A DNA stretch of 48,321 nucleotides from Acidobacteriota bacterium (GCA_025456175.1 JALOLC010000015.1:1-48321); one strand, 5' to 3'; positions 8,288 to 17,552 are shown, numbered from the stretch's first letter. Notes: generated by a model not told the origin, from the sequence alone. Made by a program: numbers and translations.

Positions 8288-8677
8288 CTATTTTCTTTTC
8301 TTGACCTCGTACAGATTGCCGTCCAGGTCGGATATGAAAGTGACCGAGGAATCACCCTTGGGGGTGCGGTTGACCCTCAGGCCAAGCGCGGTGCAGCGGA
8401 CAAGGAGCCCGTCCGGGTCATCCGCCTCGAGGCAGGTGTGGGCGACGGTCGGCGCCGGCGCCCGGCACGACGGATCGACGAATACCTCGAAATGAATGCC
8501 TTCGGCCCGGTAGTGGATGATCGCCAGCTCGCGCTCGATGGCGAAAATGCTCCGGGAGAGCTCCACGGACAAGCTGACGGGGGCGGCTTTTTCAAGGCCC
8601 AAAAGCTCCTGGAAAAAGAGGTCGGCGTTCCTTTCGCAAGACGCCCCGACGCCGACATGAAGCACGCGCATGGGCAT
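8288..8677 (-). CDS. VOC-family (glyoxalase/bleomycin-resistance fold) protein
   Basis: MRVLHVGVG...FFQELLGL...HTCLEADD...DLDGNLYEV pattern of paired beta-alpha-beta-beta-beta modules. The start lies just downstream of the ADH stop codon. Confidence 0.75.
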   Translation of the reverse strand: MPMRVLHVGVGASCERNADLFFQELLGLEKAAPVSLSVELSRSIFAIERELAIIHYRAEGIHFEVFVDPSCRAPAPTVAHTCLEADDPDGLLVRCTALGLRVNRTPKGDSSVTFISDLDGNLYEVKKRK

Positions 8678-8684
8678 TTCCTGC

Positions 8685-9713
8685 TTACGCACCCCGGCTG
8701 GGGCCGTTCGGCTCGATGATGACCTTGACCGCGTCCTTTCCATCCAGCAGCAGGGCAAAGCCCTCGGCGATCCTCTCCAGCGGCAGCCGGTGGGTCACCA
8801 GGCTGTCCACCTCGATCCTTCCCGCGGCCAGCAGTTCGATGGCTTCCCGGATATCGGGCGGACCGCAATAGTAGGAGGTCAGGACTCTGACCTCCTGGGT
8901 CCAAAAATCGTTGATGGGCATGGTGACGCTGATGTCCGGGCCGGGCACGGCAAAGAACACGATCGACCCGCCCTTGTCCACGCTGCGCCAGGCCTGCTCA
9001 ATGGCCGGCAGCGCGCCCGTGCAGACCATGACCACGTCGGCCTTGCGCCCGGCCTGCTTGGCCAATCGCGCCGGGACATCCTCGCGCCCCGGGATGAGGA
9101 ATTGCGCCCCGGCCTTGCCGGCCAGCACCAGCTTCTGCGGATTGACATCGGTCGCGGCAACGGCCGAATTCCTGAGCCTGGCCAGGCGGATGTGCAGCAG
9201 CCCCGAGACGCCCGAGCCCAGAATCAGGATCGTCTTTCCCTCGGCCGCGCCGCCGATGCGCGCCGCGCGGACCACGCAGGCCAGGGGCTCGATGAACGTG
9301 GCCTGCTCGCAGGAGATGCTTGCGGGCAGGTGATAGAGCCCGTTCTCCACGATGAGCTTTGGGACCAGGACATACTGGGCAAAGCCGCCGCCGAGCCGCT
9401 CCTTGACCTCGGAGCACTGGGGAAAATGGCCGTCGCGGCAATGGCTGCATTTCAGGCACGGGACCTTGGGGGCGGCCATCACCCGGTCCCCGGGTTTGAA
9501 ATCGAGTACCCCGGCCCCGACCTTCTCCACGCAAGCGCCGATCTCATGCCCCTGGACCAGCGGGGCGCGCGGCAGGCGGTACCATTCCACCAGGTCGCTG
9601 CCGCAGATGCCGCAGGCCATGACCTTGAGCAGCACCTCTCCCGGGCCGGGCTCGGGCACGGGGGCGTCCTGGACGCGGATGTCCCGGTTGTTGTACCAGA
9701 GAGAAACCTTCAT
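8685..9713 (-). CDS. Zinc-dependent medium-chain alcohol/polyol dehydrogenase
   Basis: GHEIGACVEKVG catalytic-zinc motif, structural-zinc cysteines CLKCSHCRDGHFPQC, and Rossmann motif ILGSGVSGL. Confidence 0.85.
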   Translation of the reverse strand: MKVSLWYNNRDIRVQDAPVPEPGPGEVLLKVMACGICGSDLVEWYRLPRAPLVQGHEIGACVEKVGAGVLDFKPGDRVMAAPKVPCLKCSHCRDGHFPQCSEVKERLGGGFAQYVLVPKLIVENGLYHLPASISCEQATFIEPLACVVRAARIGGAAEGKTILILGSGVSGLLHIRLARLRNSAVAATDVNPQKLVLAGKAGAQFLIPGREDVPARLAKQAGRKADVVMVCTGALPAIEQAWRSVDKGGSIVFFAVPGPDISVTMPINDFWTQEVRVLTSYYCGPPDIREAIELLAAGRIEVDSLVTHRLPLERIAEGFALLLDGKDAVKVIIEPNGPSRGA

Positions 9714-9723
9714 CCTCGGCAGA

Positions 9724-10605
9724 TCACTTTTGTTTGTTCTTCAGGGAACGGTAGAGCTCCAGGGCCTTTTCCGGTTTCTCGTTCTGGTGCACCACGGCGC
9801 GCACGGCCTGGATCATGGCCAGCGGCGCCTCGGCCTGGAAGATGTTGCGCCCCATGTCCACGCCCGCGGCGCCCTCCTGGATGGCGCGGTAGGCCATGGT
9901 CAGGGCGTCGAGCTCGGCGATCTTCTTGCCGCCGGCGATCACGATGGGCACCGGGCAGGCGGCGGTGACGGTCTCGAAGCCCTCGGGCACGTAATAGGTC
10001 TTGAGGTAATGGGCGCCCAGCTCGGCGCAGAGGCGCGTAGCGAGGCGGAAATAGCGGGCGTCGCGCTTCATGTCCTTGCCGACCGCGGTCACGGCCAGCG
10101 TGGGGATGCCGTAGCGCGTGCCCAGGTCGATCATGCGGGTCATGTTGCCGATGGACTGCTTCTCGTATTCGCCACCGATGAAGACCTGCACCGCCATGGC
10201 GCAGACGTTCAGGCGGATGGCGTCCTCGATGTCCACGGCGATCTCCTCGTTGGAGAGCTCCTTGAGGATGCTCGCCCCGCCCGTGACCCTCAGGACCACG
10301 GCCTTCTGCGAGGAGGGCGGCACGATGCTCCTGAGGATGCCGCGGGTGAGCATCAGCGTGTCGGCATAGGGCGCCAGCGGCAGGATGGTGATGTCGATCC
10401 TCTCCAGGCCGGTGGTGGGACCCTGGAAATAGCCGTGGTCGAAGGCCAGCATGACCGTGCGCCCGGAGACGGGGTTGAATATCCGCGCCAAGCGGTTCTT
10501 CATGCCCCAGTCCAGGGACTGCGAGCCCTTCAGCTGGAACGCTTCCGCCTGCTGCGGCACATCCACGAAAAAATTCTTGGCTTCGTTATCATCGGCTTCG
10601 GGCAT
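9724..10605 (-). CDS. lsrF: DhnA/LsrF-type class I aldolase family protein (3-hydroxy-5-phosphonooxypentane-2,4-dione thiolase-like)
   Basis: Long runs match my recollection of E. coli LsrF ([40 protein letters not shown]). No other lsr genes are nearby, so the functional assignment is tentative. Confidence 0.7.
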   Translation of the reverse strand: MPEADDNEAKNFFVDVPQQAEAFQLKGSQSLDWGMKNRLARIFNPVSGRTVMLAFDHGYFQGPTTGLERIDITILPLAPYADTLMLTRGILRSIVPPSSQKAVVLRVTGGASILKELSNEEIAVDIEDAIRLNVCAMAVQVFIGGEYEKQSIGNMTRMIDLGTRYGIPTLAVTAVGKDMKRDARYFRLATRLCAELGAHYLKTYYVPEGFETVTAACPVPIVIAGGKKIAELDALTMAYRAIQEGAAGVDMGRNIFQAEAPLAMIQAVRAVVHQNEKPEKALELYRSLKNKQK

Positions 10606-10857
10606 GGTCTGCTCCTTCCAGGGGCCGAGGAAAACGCCCCCGCTTCCTTCGGGGCGAACCTCGCGTTCGTCCCTGGAACATGGGAAAATTGATTTTCCCA
10701 GGCCGATATTCTAAGGTCAATCCTAGGCGATGTCAATGGATGGGGGGGAAGAGCCGCCAGAGTCATCGAGGTTCGAAGTTCGCCTGGGCAGTGAAAAACC
10801 CTGGACCCTTGAACCTACTATTTTTCCAAACAACAAGCGCCAAACCGGATCCTGTTT

Positions 10858-10866
10858 TGGTATAAT
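10858..10866 (+). promoter_or_regulatory. Extended -10 element (TGGTATAAT) upstream of putP
   Basis: A TGnTATAAT match 40 nt upstream of the GGAGGAG RBS and ATG at 10906. The -35 element is poor. Confidence 0.3.
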
Positions 10867-10905
10867 GCAAAAATCAGATCGATCGCCGCCTGCGGAGGAG
10901 ACCTC

Positions 10906-12477
10906 ATGCCCGATCATTCGCAGATCGTTTTCGTCATGGCCGCTTACATGCTGGTCGTGATCGCGATCGGTCTTTTTTTCGCCAAGCGCGCCAACGCCAG
11001 CTCCGGCAACTATTTCCTGGGCGGCCGAGCGCTGGGCCCGTGGATGACGGCGATGAGCGCCGAGGCCTCGGACATGAGCGGCTGGCTGCTCATGGGGCTG
11101 CCCGGCGTGGCGTACTGGTGCGGCCTCGCCGACGCCTCCTGGACGGCGCTCGGCCTGCTCATCGGGACGTATGTCAACTGGCGCCTGGTCAGCACGCGGC
11201 TGCGCAGTTATTCCGCCATCACGGCCGACGCGATCACCATTCCCGACTTCCTCTCCAACCGCTTCCATGAAGGGAAAAAAATGCTGATGACGATCGCGGC
11301 CTTGTTCATCCTTATTTTCTTCACCGTATACGCCGCGAGCTGCTTCGTCACGGTGGGAAAGCTCTTCTCCTCCGTCTTCGCCATCGACTACCGGGCCTGC
11401 ATGATCGCCGGCGCCGCCTTCGTCGTCCTCTATACCCTCATCGGCGGCTTCCTGGCCGAAAGCGCATCGGATTTCATGCAGGCGCTGGTCATGATCACGG
11501 CGCTGGTGGCCATCCTCGCCGTCGGCGTCATCGCCGCCGGCGGCCCGGCCCGGATCATCGCCAATCTGGGAACCATCCCGGGATTCCTGGACATCTTCGC
11601 CACCGCCGCCCCAACCATGGCGGGCGGCGCGCAGACCGTCGCCGGCGGCCGGGCGCTCTTCGGCACTGCCGGCGACTATTCTTTCCTGGCCATCCTCTCC
11701 ACCATGTCCTGGGGTCTCGGCTATTTCGGCATGCCCCAGGTTTTGCTGCGTTTCATGGCCATCCGCGACCCGAGGGAGCTCGCTTACTCCCGCCGCATCG
11801 CCACGACCTGGTGCTTCATCTCCCTGTTCGCCGCCGTAGCCATCGGGTTGGCCGGCCGGGCGCTCTACCCGGCCGAACTGCTCACCCCGGCGGCTGCGGA
11901 AAGCATCTTCATCGCCGTCGCCACCCGCTTGCTGCCGCCGGTCCTGGCCGGCGTCGCCCTGGCCGGCATCCTGGCGGCGACCATCAGTTCATCCGATTCC
12001 TACCTGCTGATCGCCTCGTCGGCCGTTGCCAAGAATATTTACCAGGGAATCTTCAAGAAAAACGCCGCCGATGCGCAGGTCATGCGCATCTCCCGGCTGA
12101 CGCTGCTCGCCATCTCAGCCACCGGGGTGATCATCGCGCTCGACAGGAATTCCGTCATCTTCCAGGTCGTTTCCTTCGCCTGGGCCGGCTTCGGCGCCGC
12201 CTTCGGTCCCGTCATGCTGTTCTCGCTGTTCTGGAAGCGAACATCCCGTGGCGGCGCGATCGCCGGCATGGTCGCGGGCGGCTCCATGGTCTTCGCCTGG
12301 AAGCTGCTGGTCCGGCCCCTGGGCGGCATCTTCGCCATCTACGAGCTGCTGCCGGCCTTTCTTTTTTCCTGCCTCGTGATCCTCGCCGTCTCCAGGCTGA
12401 CGCCAGGACCGTCGCCGGAAATTCGCAGGGAATTCGAGCAGGCGCGTCAGGCCGCCGCCGGGCGCTCCTTTCATTAG
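10906..12477 (+). CDS. putP: Sodium/proline symporter (SSF family)
   Basis: 523 aa, polytopic. It carries the signature SAEASDMSGWLLMGLPG and overall PutP-like organisation. Confidence 0.85.
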   Translation: MPDHSQIVFVMAAYMLVVIAIGLFFAKRANASSGNYFLGGRALGPWMTAMSAEASDMSGWLLMGLPGVAYWCGLADASWTALGLLIGTYVNWRLVSTRLRSYSAITADAITIPDFLSNRFHEGKKMLMTIAALFILIFFTVYAASCFVTVGKLFSSVFAIDYRACMIAGAAFVVLYTLIGGFLAESASDFMQALVMITALVAILAVGVIAAGGPARIIANLGTIPGFLDIFATAAPTMAGGAQTVAGGRALFGTAGDYSFLAILSTMSWGLGYFGMPQVLLRFMAIRDPRELAYSRRIATTWCFISLFAAVAIGLAGRALYPAELLTPAAAESIFIAVATRLLPPVLAGVALAGILAATISSSDSYLLIASSAVAKNIYQGIFKKNAADAQVMRISRLTLLAISATGVIIALDRNSVIFQVVSFAWAGFGAAFGPVMLFSLFWKRTSRGGAIAGMVAGGSMVFAWKLLVRPLGGIFAIYELLPAFLFSCLVILAVSRLTPGPSPEIRREFEQARQAAAGRSFH

Positions 12478-12488
12478 GCGCGTTGTTT

Positions 12489-12497
12489 TGCTATAAT
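12489..12497 (+). promoter_or_regulatory. Extended -10 element (TGCTATAAT) upstream of the Bat-type operon
   Basis: A TGnTATAAT match 55 nt upstream of ATG 12552. The -35 element is weak. Confidence 0.3.
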
Positions 12498-12551
12498 CAC
12501 TGGGGTAAAAATGAACAGTTCGTCAACTCCAGCAGTCCGCGATAAAAGCCG

Positions 12552-13520
12552 ATGACCTTCGCTTATCCGCACGTCCTTTTCCTGCTGCTCCTGCTCATCC
12601 CCTTCGCCGCGCTGGTCATCCACAATTTCCGCAGAAAAAAGCGGATCTTGCGCGAGTTCATCGCCGAGGAGGCCCAAGGGGCAATGGTCGTGCGGGCGGG
12701 GCGCGAGATCGACTTCTTCAAGGCGTCGCTGCTGATTGCCGCGCTGGCCTTCATCGTCCTGGCCCTGGCCCGGCCGCAGTGGGGGGAGCGCTTCGAAAGC
12801 ACCGACATTCGCGGGCTGGAGATCGTCTTCCTGCTCGACACCTCGGCCTCGATGAACGCCGAGGACCTGCAGCCCTCGCGCCTGGAGGTGGCGCGGAACC
12901 TGATCGTGGCCATCGTCGAAGCCCTGAGGACCGACATGGTCAGCCAGGTCAACTTCGCCGGCGCCGCCTATGTGCAGTGCCCGCCGACCCTGGACTACGA
13001 GGCTTTCAAGCTGCTGGCCCTGGCCTCGGCCACGAGCCCCGAGGAGGAGCAGGGAACCGATTTCGCCAAGGGCTTACCAGCCAGAAGGTGGCCGTCCTGA
13101 TCACCGACGGCGAGGACCACGAACTGGGATGGCGGGAGACGGTCAAGGAGCTGCAGAAGCGGAATATCACCGTGTTCACCGTGGGCGTCGGCGCCCCCGG
13201 CGGCGCCCCCATCCCCATCCGCGACGCCCAGGGGCGGACGACAGGCTGGAAACAGGATCCGCGGGGAGCCATCGTCAAGTCGCAGCTGGAAGAGGCGACC
13301 CTGGCGCGCATCGCCGCCGACTGCGGCGGCCAGTACTACCGCCTGAGCTCCGCATCCGGGATCGCCCCCCTGGTGGGCATCCTGCGCTCCTATGCAGCTC
13401 GCGCGCAAGATCCGCAGCCGCAAGATCGACCGCTTCGCCATCCCGCTGCTGCTGGCCGCGCTGCTGCTGGCCGGCGAAATGGCCCTGAGCGACCGGAGGA
13501 TCGCATGGCGAAGAAGCTGA
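12552..13520 (+). pseudogene. batA: BatA/BatB-type VWA membrane protein interrupted by two frame changes
   Basis: The N-terminal TM helices and MIDAS motif LLDTSASM are in the frame of ORF 12552..13100. The VWA core (KVAVLITDGEDH, TVFTVGVG, GGQYYRL) is in the frame of ORF 12779.. between about 13080 and 13390. The C-terminal TM helix (RFAIPLLLAALLLAGEMAL) returns to the first frame at 13392..13520. Confidence 0.7.
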
Positions 13521-14116
13521 GCCTGCTGCTGTTGCCCCTGCTGCTGGGCCTCGCGTCCGACACCCTGTGGGGCTGGCACTGGTTCGAGCCGGCCGCGCGC
13601 CGCAATCAGAAGGGGATCGCGGCCTACCGCCAGGAAAAGTACGCCGCCGCGCTGGAACAGTTCCTCTCGGCCAAGGGGCTCAGGCCCGACGCCCAGCCGC
13701 TGAAGAACAACACCGCCGCCGCCCTCTACCAGCTGAAGAAATTCCAGGAAGCCGCCGACGAGTTTTCCAGCATCGACCCGGCCCGTCTCGGCAAGGACCA
13801 AGCCGGCCTGCACTACAACCTGGGCAATGCCCAGTATCGCCTGGGGCAGTTTCCCAAGGCCCTGGAGAGCTACAAGCGCAGCCTGCTCCTGGCCCCCGAC
13901 GATGTCCAGTGCAAGAAGAACTTCGAGCTGACCCTGAAGAGGATCCGCGAGCAGCAACCGCAGCCGCAGCAGCAACAGCCGGACAACCAGGCCCAAGCCG
14001 AGCAACAGAAGCAGAAATACGAAGCCATGATGCAGTTCCTCAACCAGAACGAAAAGCAGCAAATGGAAAAAAAGAAACGCAAGGCCAAGCCGGCCCGCAA
14101 TGAAAAAGACTGGTAG
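13505..14116 (+). CDS. BatC-like TPR protein with Gln-rich C-terminus
   Basis: Internal ATG with signal-like MAKKLSLLLLPLLLGLAS. TPR repeats (AAALYQLKKFQEAADEF, GNAQYRLGQFPKALESY) and a QQPQPQQQQ tail. It overlaps the VWA gene end and the BatD start. Confidence 0.7.
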   Translation: MAKKLSLLLLPLLLGLASDTLWGWHWFEPAARRNQKGIAAYRQEKYAAALEQFLSAKGLRPDAQPLKNNTAAALYQLKKFQEAADEFSSIDPARLGKDQAGLHYNLGNAQYRLGQFPKALESYKRSLLLAPDDVQCKKNFELTLKRIREQQPQPQQQQPDNQAQAEQQKQKYEAMMQFLNQNEKQQMEKKKRKAKPARNEKDW

Positions 14117-15863
14117 CGTTCTCCTGCTCGTCCTGCTCCTTGCCGCACCCTGGGCGCTGTCCGGGGCGGATGCCGAAGTCAGCGCCTCGGTGAGCGCTGA
14201 AAAGATCGGCCTCGACGACACGCTCCTTTATACCCTGACCTTCAGCAACATGGAGAACCCGGCCCAGCCCGACCTTTCCCTGCTGGAGGATTTCAAGGTC
14301 CTGCAGACCTCGCGCAGCTCCGAGTTCCAGTTCCGCGGCGGCGCCAGCTCCACCAGCACGCGCTTCACCTATTACCTGATGCCCGTTCGCACCGGCCGAC
14401 TCGAGCTGCCCCCCGTGCGCTACAGCCACCTGGGGCGCGAGTACCGCACGCAGGCCTTCGGCATCGAGGTGGTCAAAGGCAGTCTTGCTCCGCAGAGTGC
14501 TCCGCCCTCAGGCCCGACTTCGCCCTTCGGCGATGATTTCTTCGCCTCCCCGTTCCGCGAGCGCGCGCCGCAGAAGATCGACGCCACCCTGCGCGCCGTC
14601 CTCTCCAAGCCCGCCTGCCTCAGGGGCGAGCAGCTGCTCTACCGGGTCCTGCTCTACACCCGCAACCGCATCGAGGCGGTGAACATGCTTTCCAGCGCCT
14701 CGTTCGCCGGCTTCTGGCAGGAGTGGTTCCCAGTGCCCGAGTCCATCTCCCCTGCCAGCGAGAACGTCAACGGCGTCATCTACCAGGTCTACGAGATCCG
14801 CAAGGCGGCGCTCTTTGCCAGCGAGAGCGGCACCCTGGTCATTCCGCCGCTGCAATTCGAGCTGCAGCTGGCCCCCTTCGGGGCCGGGTCGGCATTCTTC
14901 GGCGCCCAGCCCCTGCGGCGCTCGACCCAGGAGCTCAAGGTCCAGGTCAGCGATCCCCCTGCGCAGGGGGTTGGCTTGCCGGCCGGTCAGTTCTCCTTCG
15001 CGCTGGAGTCGCCCCGGGAGAAGGCCGACGTCAACGAGATCGTCACCCTGAGGATGACGATCAGCGGCACGGGCAACTGCAAGGCGGTCATACCGCCCCA
15101 GGTGCCGGCCAGCGCCATGGTGCTCGTCTACCCGGCCAAGGTCACCCAGGCCGCGGCCTACTCCCCCACCGCCCTGACCGGCACCCTGCGCGCGGAAATA
15201 CCGGTCGCCTTCAAGCAGAAAGGAATGGCCGAGTTCCCGGCCCTGGAGTTCCGCTATTTCGACCCGGCCCGGCGCGCCGTGGTCAGCCTGCGCAGCGCCC
15301 CTTTCCGCATCCAGGTAACGGGCGAGAAGGCTTCCTCCGGGCTCGAGCGCACCCTTGCGGGCGGCGAGGTGGTCCAGAAAGGCGAGGACATCGACTTCAT
15401 CCGCAGCGGCCCGCTGGCCGGCCGCCGCAAGCCCATCCACCGCCAGTTTTGGTTTTGGCTCCTGCTCCTCGCCCCCTTCGTCATCAACCTGCTGGCCCTG
15501 CTCAAGGCGGCTCTGTGGGATCGCCTCATCGCCTCCAGTCCCATGATGCGCAACCGCCGCATCCTGGCGCGGGCCCTGCGGCGGCTGAACGAGGTCCGCG
15601 GCCCCGGGGACATCGCCCCGGTCATGGAAAGCTTTTTCAGCGAGAAGAGCGGGCTGGGCCTTTCCGAGATCAGCGACCGCCGCATCGCCGAGGTCCTGGC
15701 GGCAAAGCGGGTGAACGGGGACGACATCGACAAGTTCCTCTTCATCAAGGGACAGTCCGAGCTGTCCCGCTTTTCGCAGCAGAAACGGTCGGCCCTTGAA
15801 CTGAAGAAGGACCTGCAAACGCTGAAGAACCTGTTCCGCGAGATCGACAGGAAGATGAAATGA
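14100..15863 (+). CDS. batD: BatD-type (oxygen-tolerance family) membrane protein
   Basis: Signal peptide, then a LYTLTFSN...PDLSLLEDFKVL...YYLMPVRTGRLELPPVRY layout typical of BatD. It has a late TM helix (FWFWLLLLAPFVINLLALL). Confidence 0.8.
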   Translation: MKKTGSVLLLVLLLAAPWALSGADAEVSASVSAEKIGLDDTLLYTLTFSNMENPAQPDLSLLEDFKVLQTSRSSEFQFRGGASSTSTRFTYYLMPVRTGRLELPPVRYSHLGREYRTQAFGIEVVKGSLAPQSAPPSGPTSPFGDDFFASPFRERAPQKIDATLRAVLSKPACLRGEQLLYRVLLYTRNRIEAVNMLSSASFAGFWQEWFPVPESISPASENVNGVIYQVYEIRKAALFASESGTLVIPPLQFELQLAPFGAGSAFFGAQPLRRSTQELKVQVSDPPAQGVGLPAGQFSFALESPREKADVNEIVTLRMTISGTGNCKAVIPPQVPASAMVLVYPAKVTQAAAYSPTALTGTLRAEIPVAFKQKGMAEFPALEFRYFDPARRAVVSLRSAPFRIQVTGEKASSGLERTLAGGEVVQKGEDIDFIRSGPLAGRRKPIHRQFWFWLLLLAPFVINLLALLKAALWDRLIASSPMMRNRRILARALRRLNEVRGPGDIAPVMESFFSEKSGLGLSEISDRRIAEVLAAKRVNGDDIDKFLFIKGQSELSRFSQQKRSALELKKDLQTLKNLFREIDRKMK

Positions 15864-16609
15864 GAGCCAAAAACCTATTCCTGGCCGCGGCCCTGCTGAC
15901 GCTCCTTGCCTCAAGGGGCGCGGCCGGCATCCATGATGATTTCGCCGCCGCCAACCGCGCCTACGAAGAGGGAAAGTTCTCCACAGCCCTGGCCAGCTAC
16001 CTGGGGATCGGCCCACAGGTCAATGACTGGCGGGTGTCGTACAACATCGGCAACTGCTATTACAAGCTGGGTCGCTACCTGTCGGCCAAATATCATTTCC
16101 TCAAGGCGCAAAAGCTCAATCCCCTGGAGCCGTCGGTCTCGCGCAACATCGCCATGACCAACCGCCATTTCCGCACGAACGCCAGGCTGCCGGAGCCCGA
16201 CTGGATCACCCGGGCCAGGCAGCGGCTGGAGAGCCGGTTGAGCCTGGACGCGCTGAGCGTCCTGCTGCTGCTGGCGGTCCTGCTGTTCAATCTTCTCCTC
16301 TTCCGGCTGCTGACCCGCGGCCGCAGCAGGAAACTCGCCTACGCCCTGGCCTTTTCCCTGCTGCTGGCGCTGATCCTCGGCGCCTACCACTGCCACCGCG
16401 CTTCCGCGTTGGGCCGCAGCACCGTCGCCATGGTCTGGGACGCGGACGCCCAGCTGCGCAGCGGTCCCGGCGAGGACAACACCGTGCTGTTCACCCTCCA
16501 CCCGGGCCTGGACGTGCGCATCATCGACCGCCACGGCGATTGGCTGCAGGTCGCGGCGGCGGAGCGCATCGCCGGCTGGATCGAGAAAAAAAAGCTGGTC
16601 CTGATTTGA
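15860..16609 (+). CDS. BatE-like protein: TPR + TM + C-terminal SH3b domain
   Basis: ATGA overlap with batD. TPR repeats (ANRAYEEGKFSTALASY, GNCYYKLGRYLSAKYHF), TM helices, and an SH3-like tail VRIIDRHGDWLQVAAAERIAGWIEKKKL. Confidence 0.7.
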   Translation: MRAKNLFLAAALLTLLASRGAAGIHDDFAAANRAYEEGKFSTALASYLGIGPQVNDWRVSYNIGNCYYKLGRYLSAKYHFLKAQKLNPLEPSVSRNIAMTNRHFRTNARLPEPDWITRARQRLESRLSLDALSVLLLLAVLLFNLLLFRLLTRGRSRKLAYALAFSLLLALILGAYHCHRASALGRSTVAMVWDADAQLRSGPGEDNTVLFTLHPGLDVRIIDRHGDWLQVAAAERIAGWIEKKKLVLI

Positions 16610-17552
16610 GCAAGGCCGGGCTCTACGTCCATTTCCCCTTCTGTCGCCGCGCTTGCTTCTACTGCCATTTTTTCAAGAGAAGGCACCGGCCCGCGCCTGT
16701 AGGCGACTACCTCGCCCGGCTGCAGGGCGAGATGCTCCTGAGGCGTGATCCCGCGCTGGAGGTCGATACGGTCTATTTCGGCGGCGGTTCGCCCTCGCTG
16801 CTGGATGCCGGCCAGATTTCCCGGCAGCTGGACGCCGCCGCAAAGCACTTCGGCCTTGCCTCCCGGGCCGAGGTCACGCTGGAAGCCAACCCGGAGGACC
16901 TTTCCCCGCCCCTGCTGAAGGAGCTCCGCTCGGCGGGGATCAACCGCCTCAGCGTCGGGGCCCAGTCGTTCCAGGAGAGGGACCTGCGCTTCCTCAGGCG
17001 CACCCATGACGCGACTCAGGCGATCCAGTCCCTGACCTTGGCGAGGGAGGCCGGCTTCAGGAACATCAGCGTCGACCTGATCATCGGCCTGCCCAGCCAG
17101 ACGGCCGGGAGCATGGAGGCGAATTTTCGCGCCGTCGCCGCGCTGGCGCCGGCCCATGTCTCGGTATACATTCTCGAGAACGTGCCCCGGCCAGCGGCCG
17201 ACGAGCGCGATGCCCGCCTCTATTTCCAGGCACGCCAGGCGCTTCTGGATCTCGGCTTCGAGCACTACGAGGTCTCCAACTTCTGCCGCCCCGGCCGGGC
17301 CTCGCGCCACAACCTCAAGTACTGGCGCATGGAGCCCTAGGGCGTGATTACCGCAATGTCGCCGATCTTCAGAAGTATGGCGTCGCCATCCGGAGCGGGA
17401 AGCTGCCGTTGGTGAGAACGAGGCAGTTGGACCCCGCCAAGAGGCGGATCGTCACCGGCCTGCGCCTGCTTAAGGGCATCCCGGCATCGGCATTCAAGCC
17501 ATTCCCCGCCCCAACCGAATTTCTTCTTGCCGAAGGCCTACTTGTCTATTGA
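16606..17552 (+). pseudogene. hemW: Radical-SAM HemW/HemN-like protein with internal deletion and frameshift
   Basis: A TTG start overlaps the batE stop. CRRACFYCHF is a CxxxCxxC cluster motif. The frame ends at 17340 right after NLKYWRMEP. The HemN_C-like remainder (YRNVADLQKYGVAIRSGKLP...) continues in another frame to 17552. Confidence 0.7.

Noticed and set aside
9724-10605. A complete Lsr (AI-2 uptake/processing) quorum-sensing system
   Set aside because: Only the LsrF-like gene is present. No kinase, isomerase, repressor or ABC transporter genes are adjacent, so an AI-2 system is not supported by this window.
10770-10778. GGTTCGAAG, reminiscent of a tRNA T-loop, in the lsrF/putP spacer
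   Set aside because: The flanking bases cannot form a 5-bp T-stem, and I could not build an acceptor, D or anticodon arm. It is not a tRNA.
12476-12492. Sigma-54-like AGGCGCGTTGTTTTGCT upstream of the bat operon
   Set aside because: GG and GC are separated by 11 nt rather than 10, and the -24 box is poor. The TGCTATAAT extended -10 reading is more plausible.
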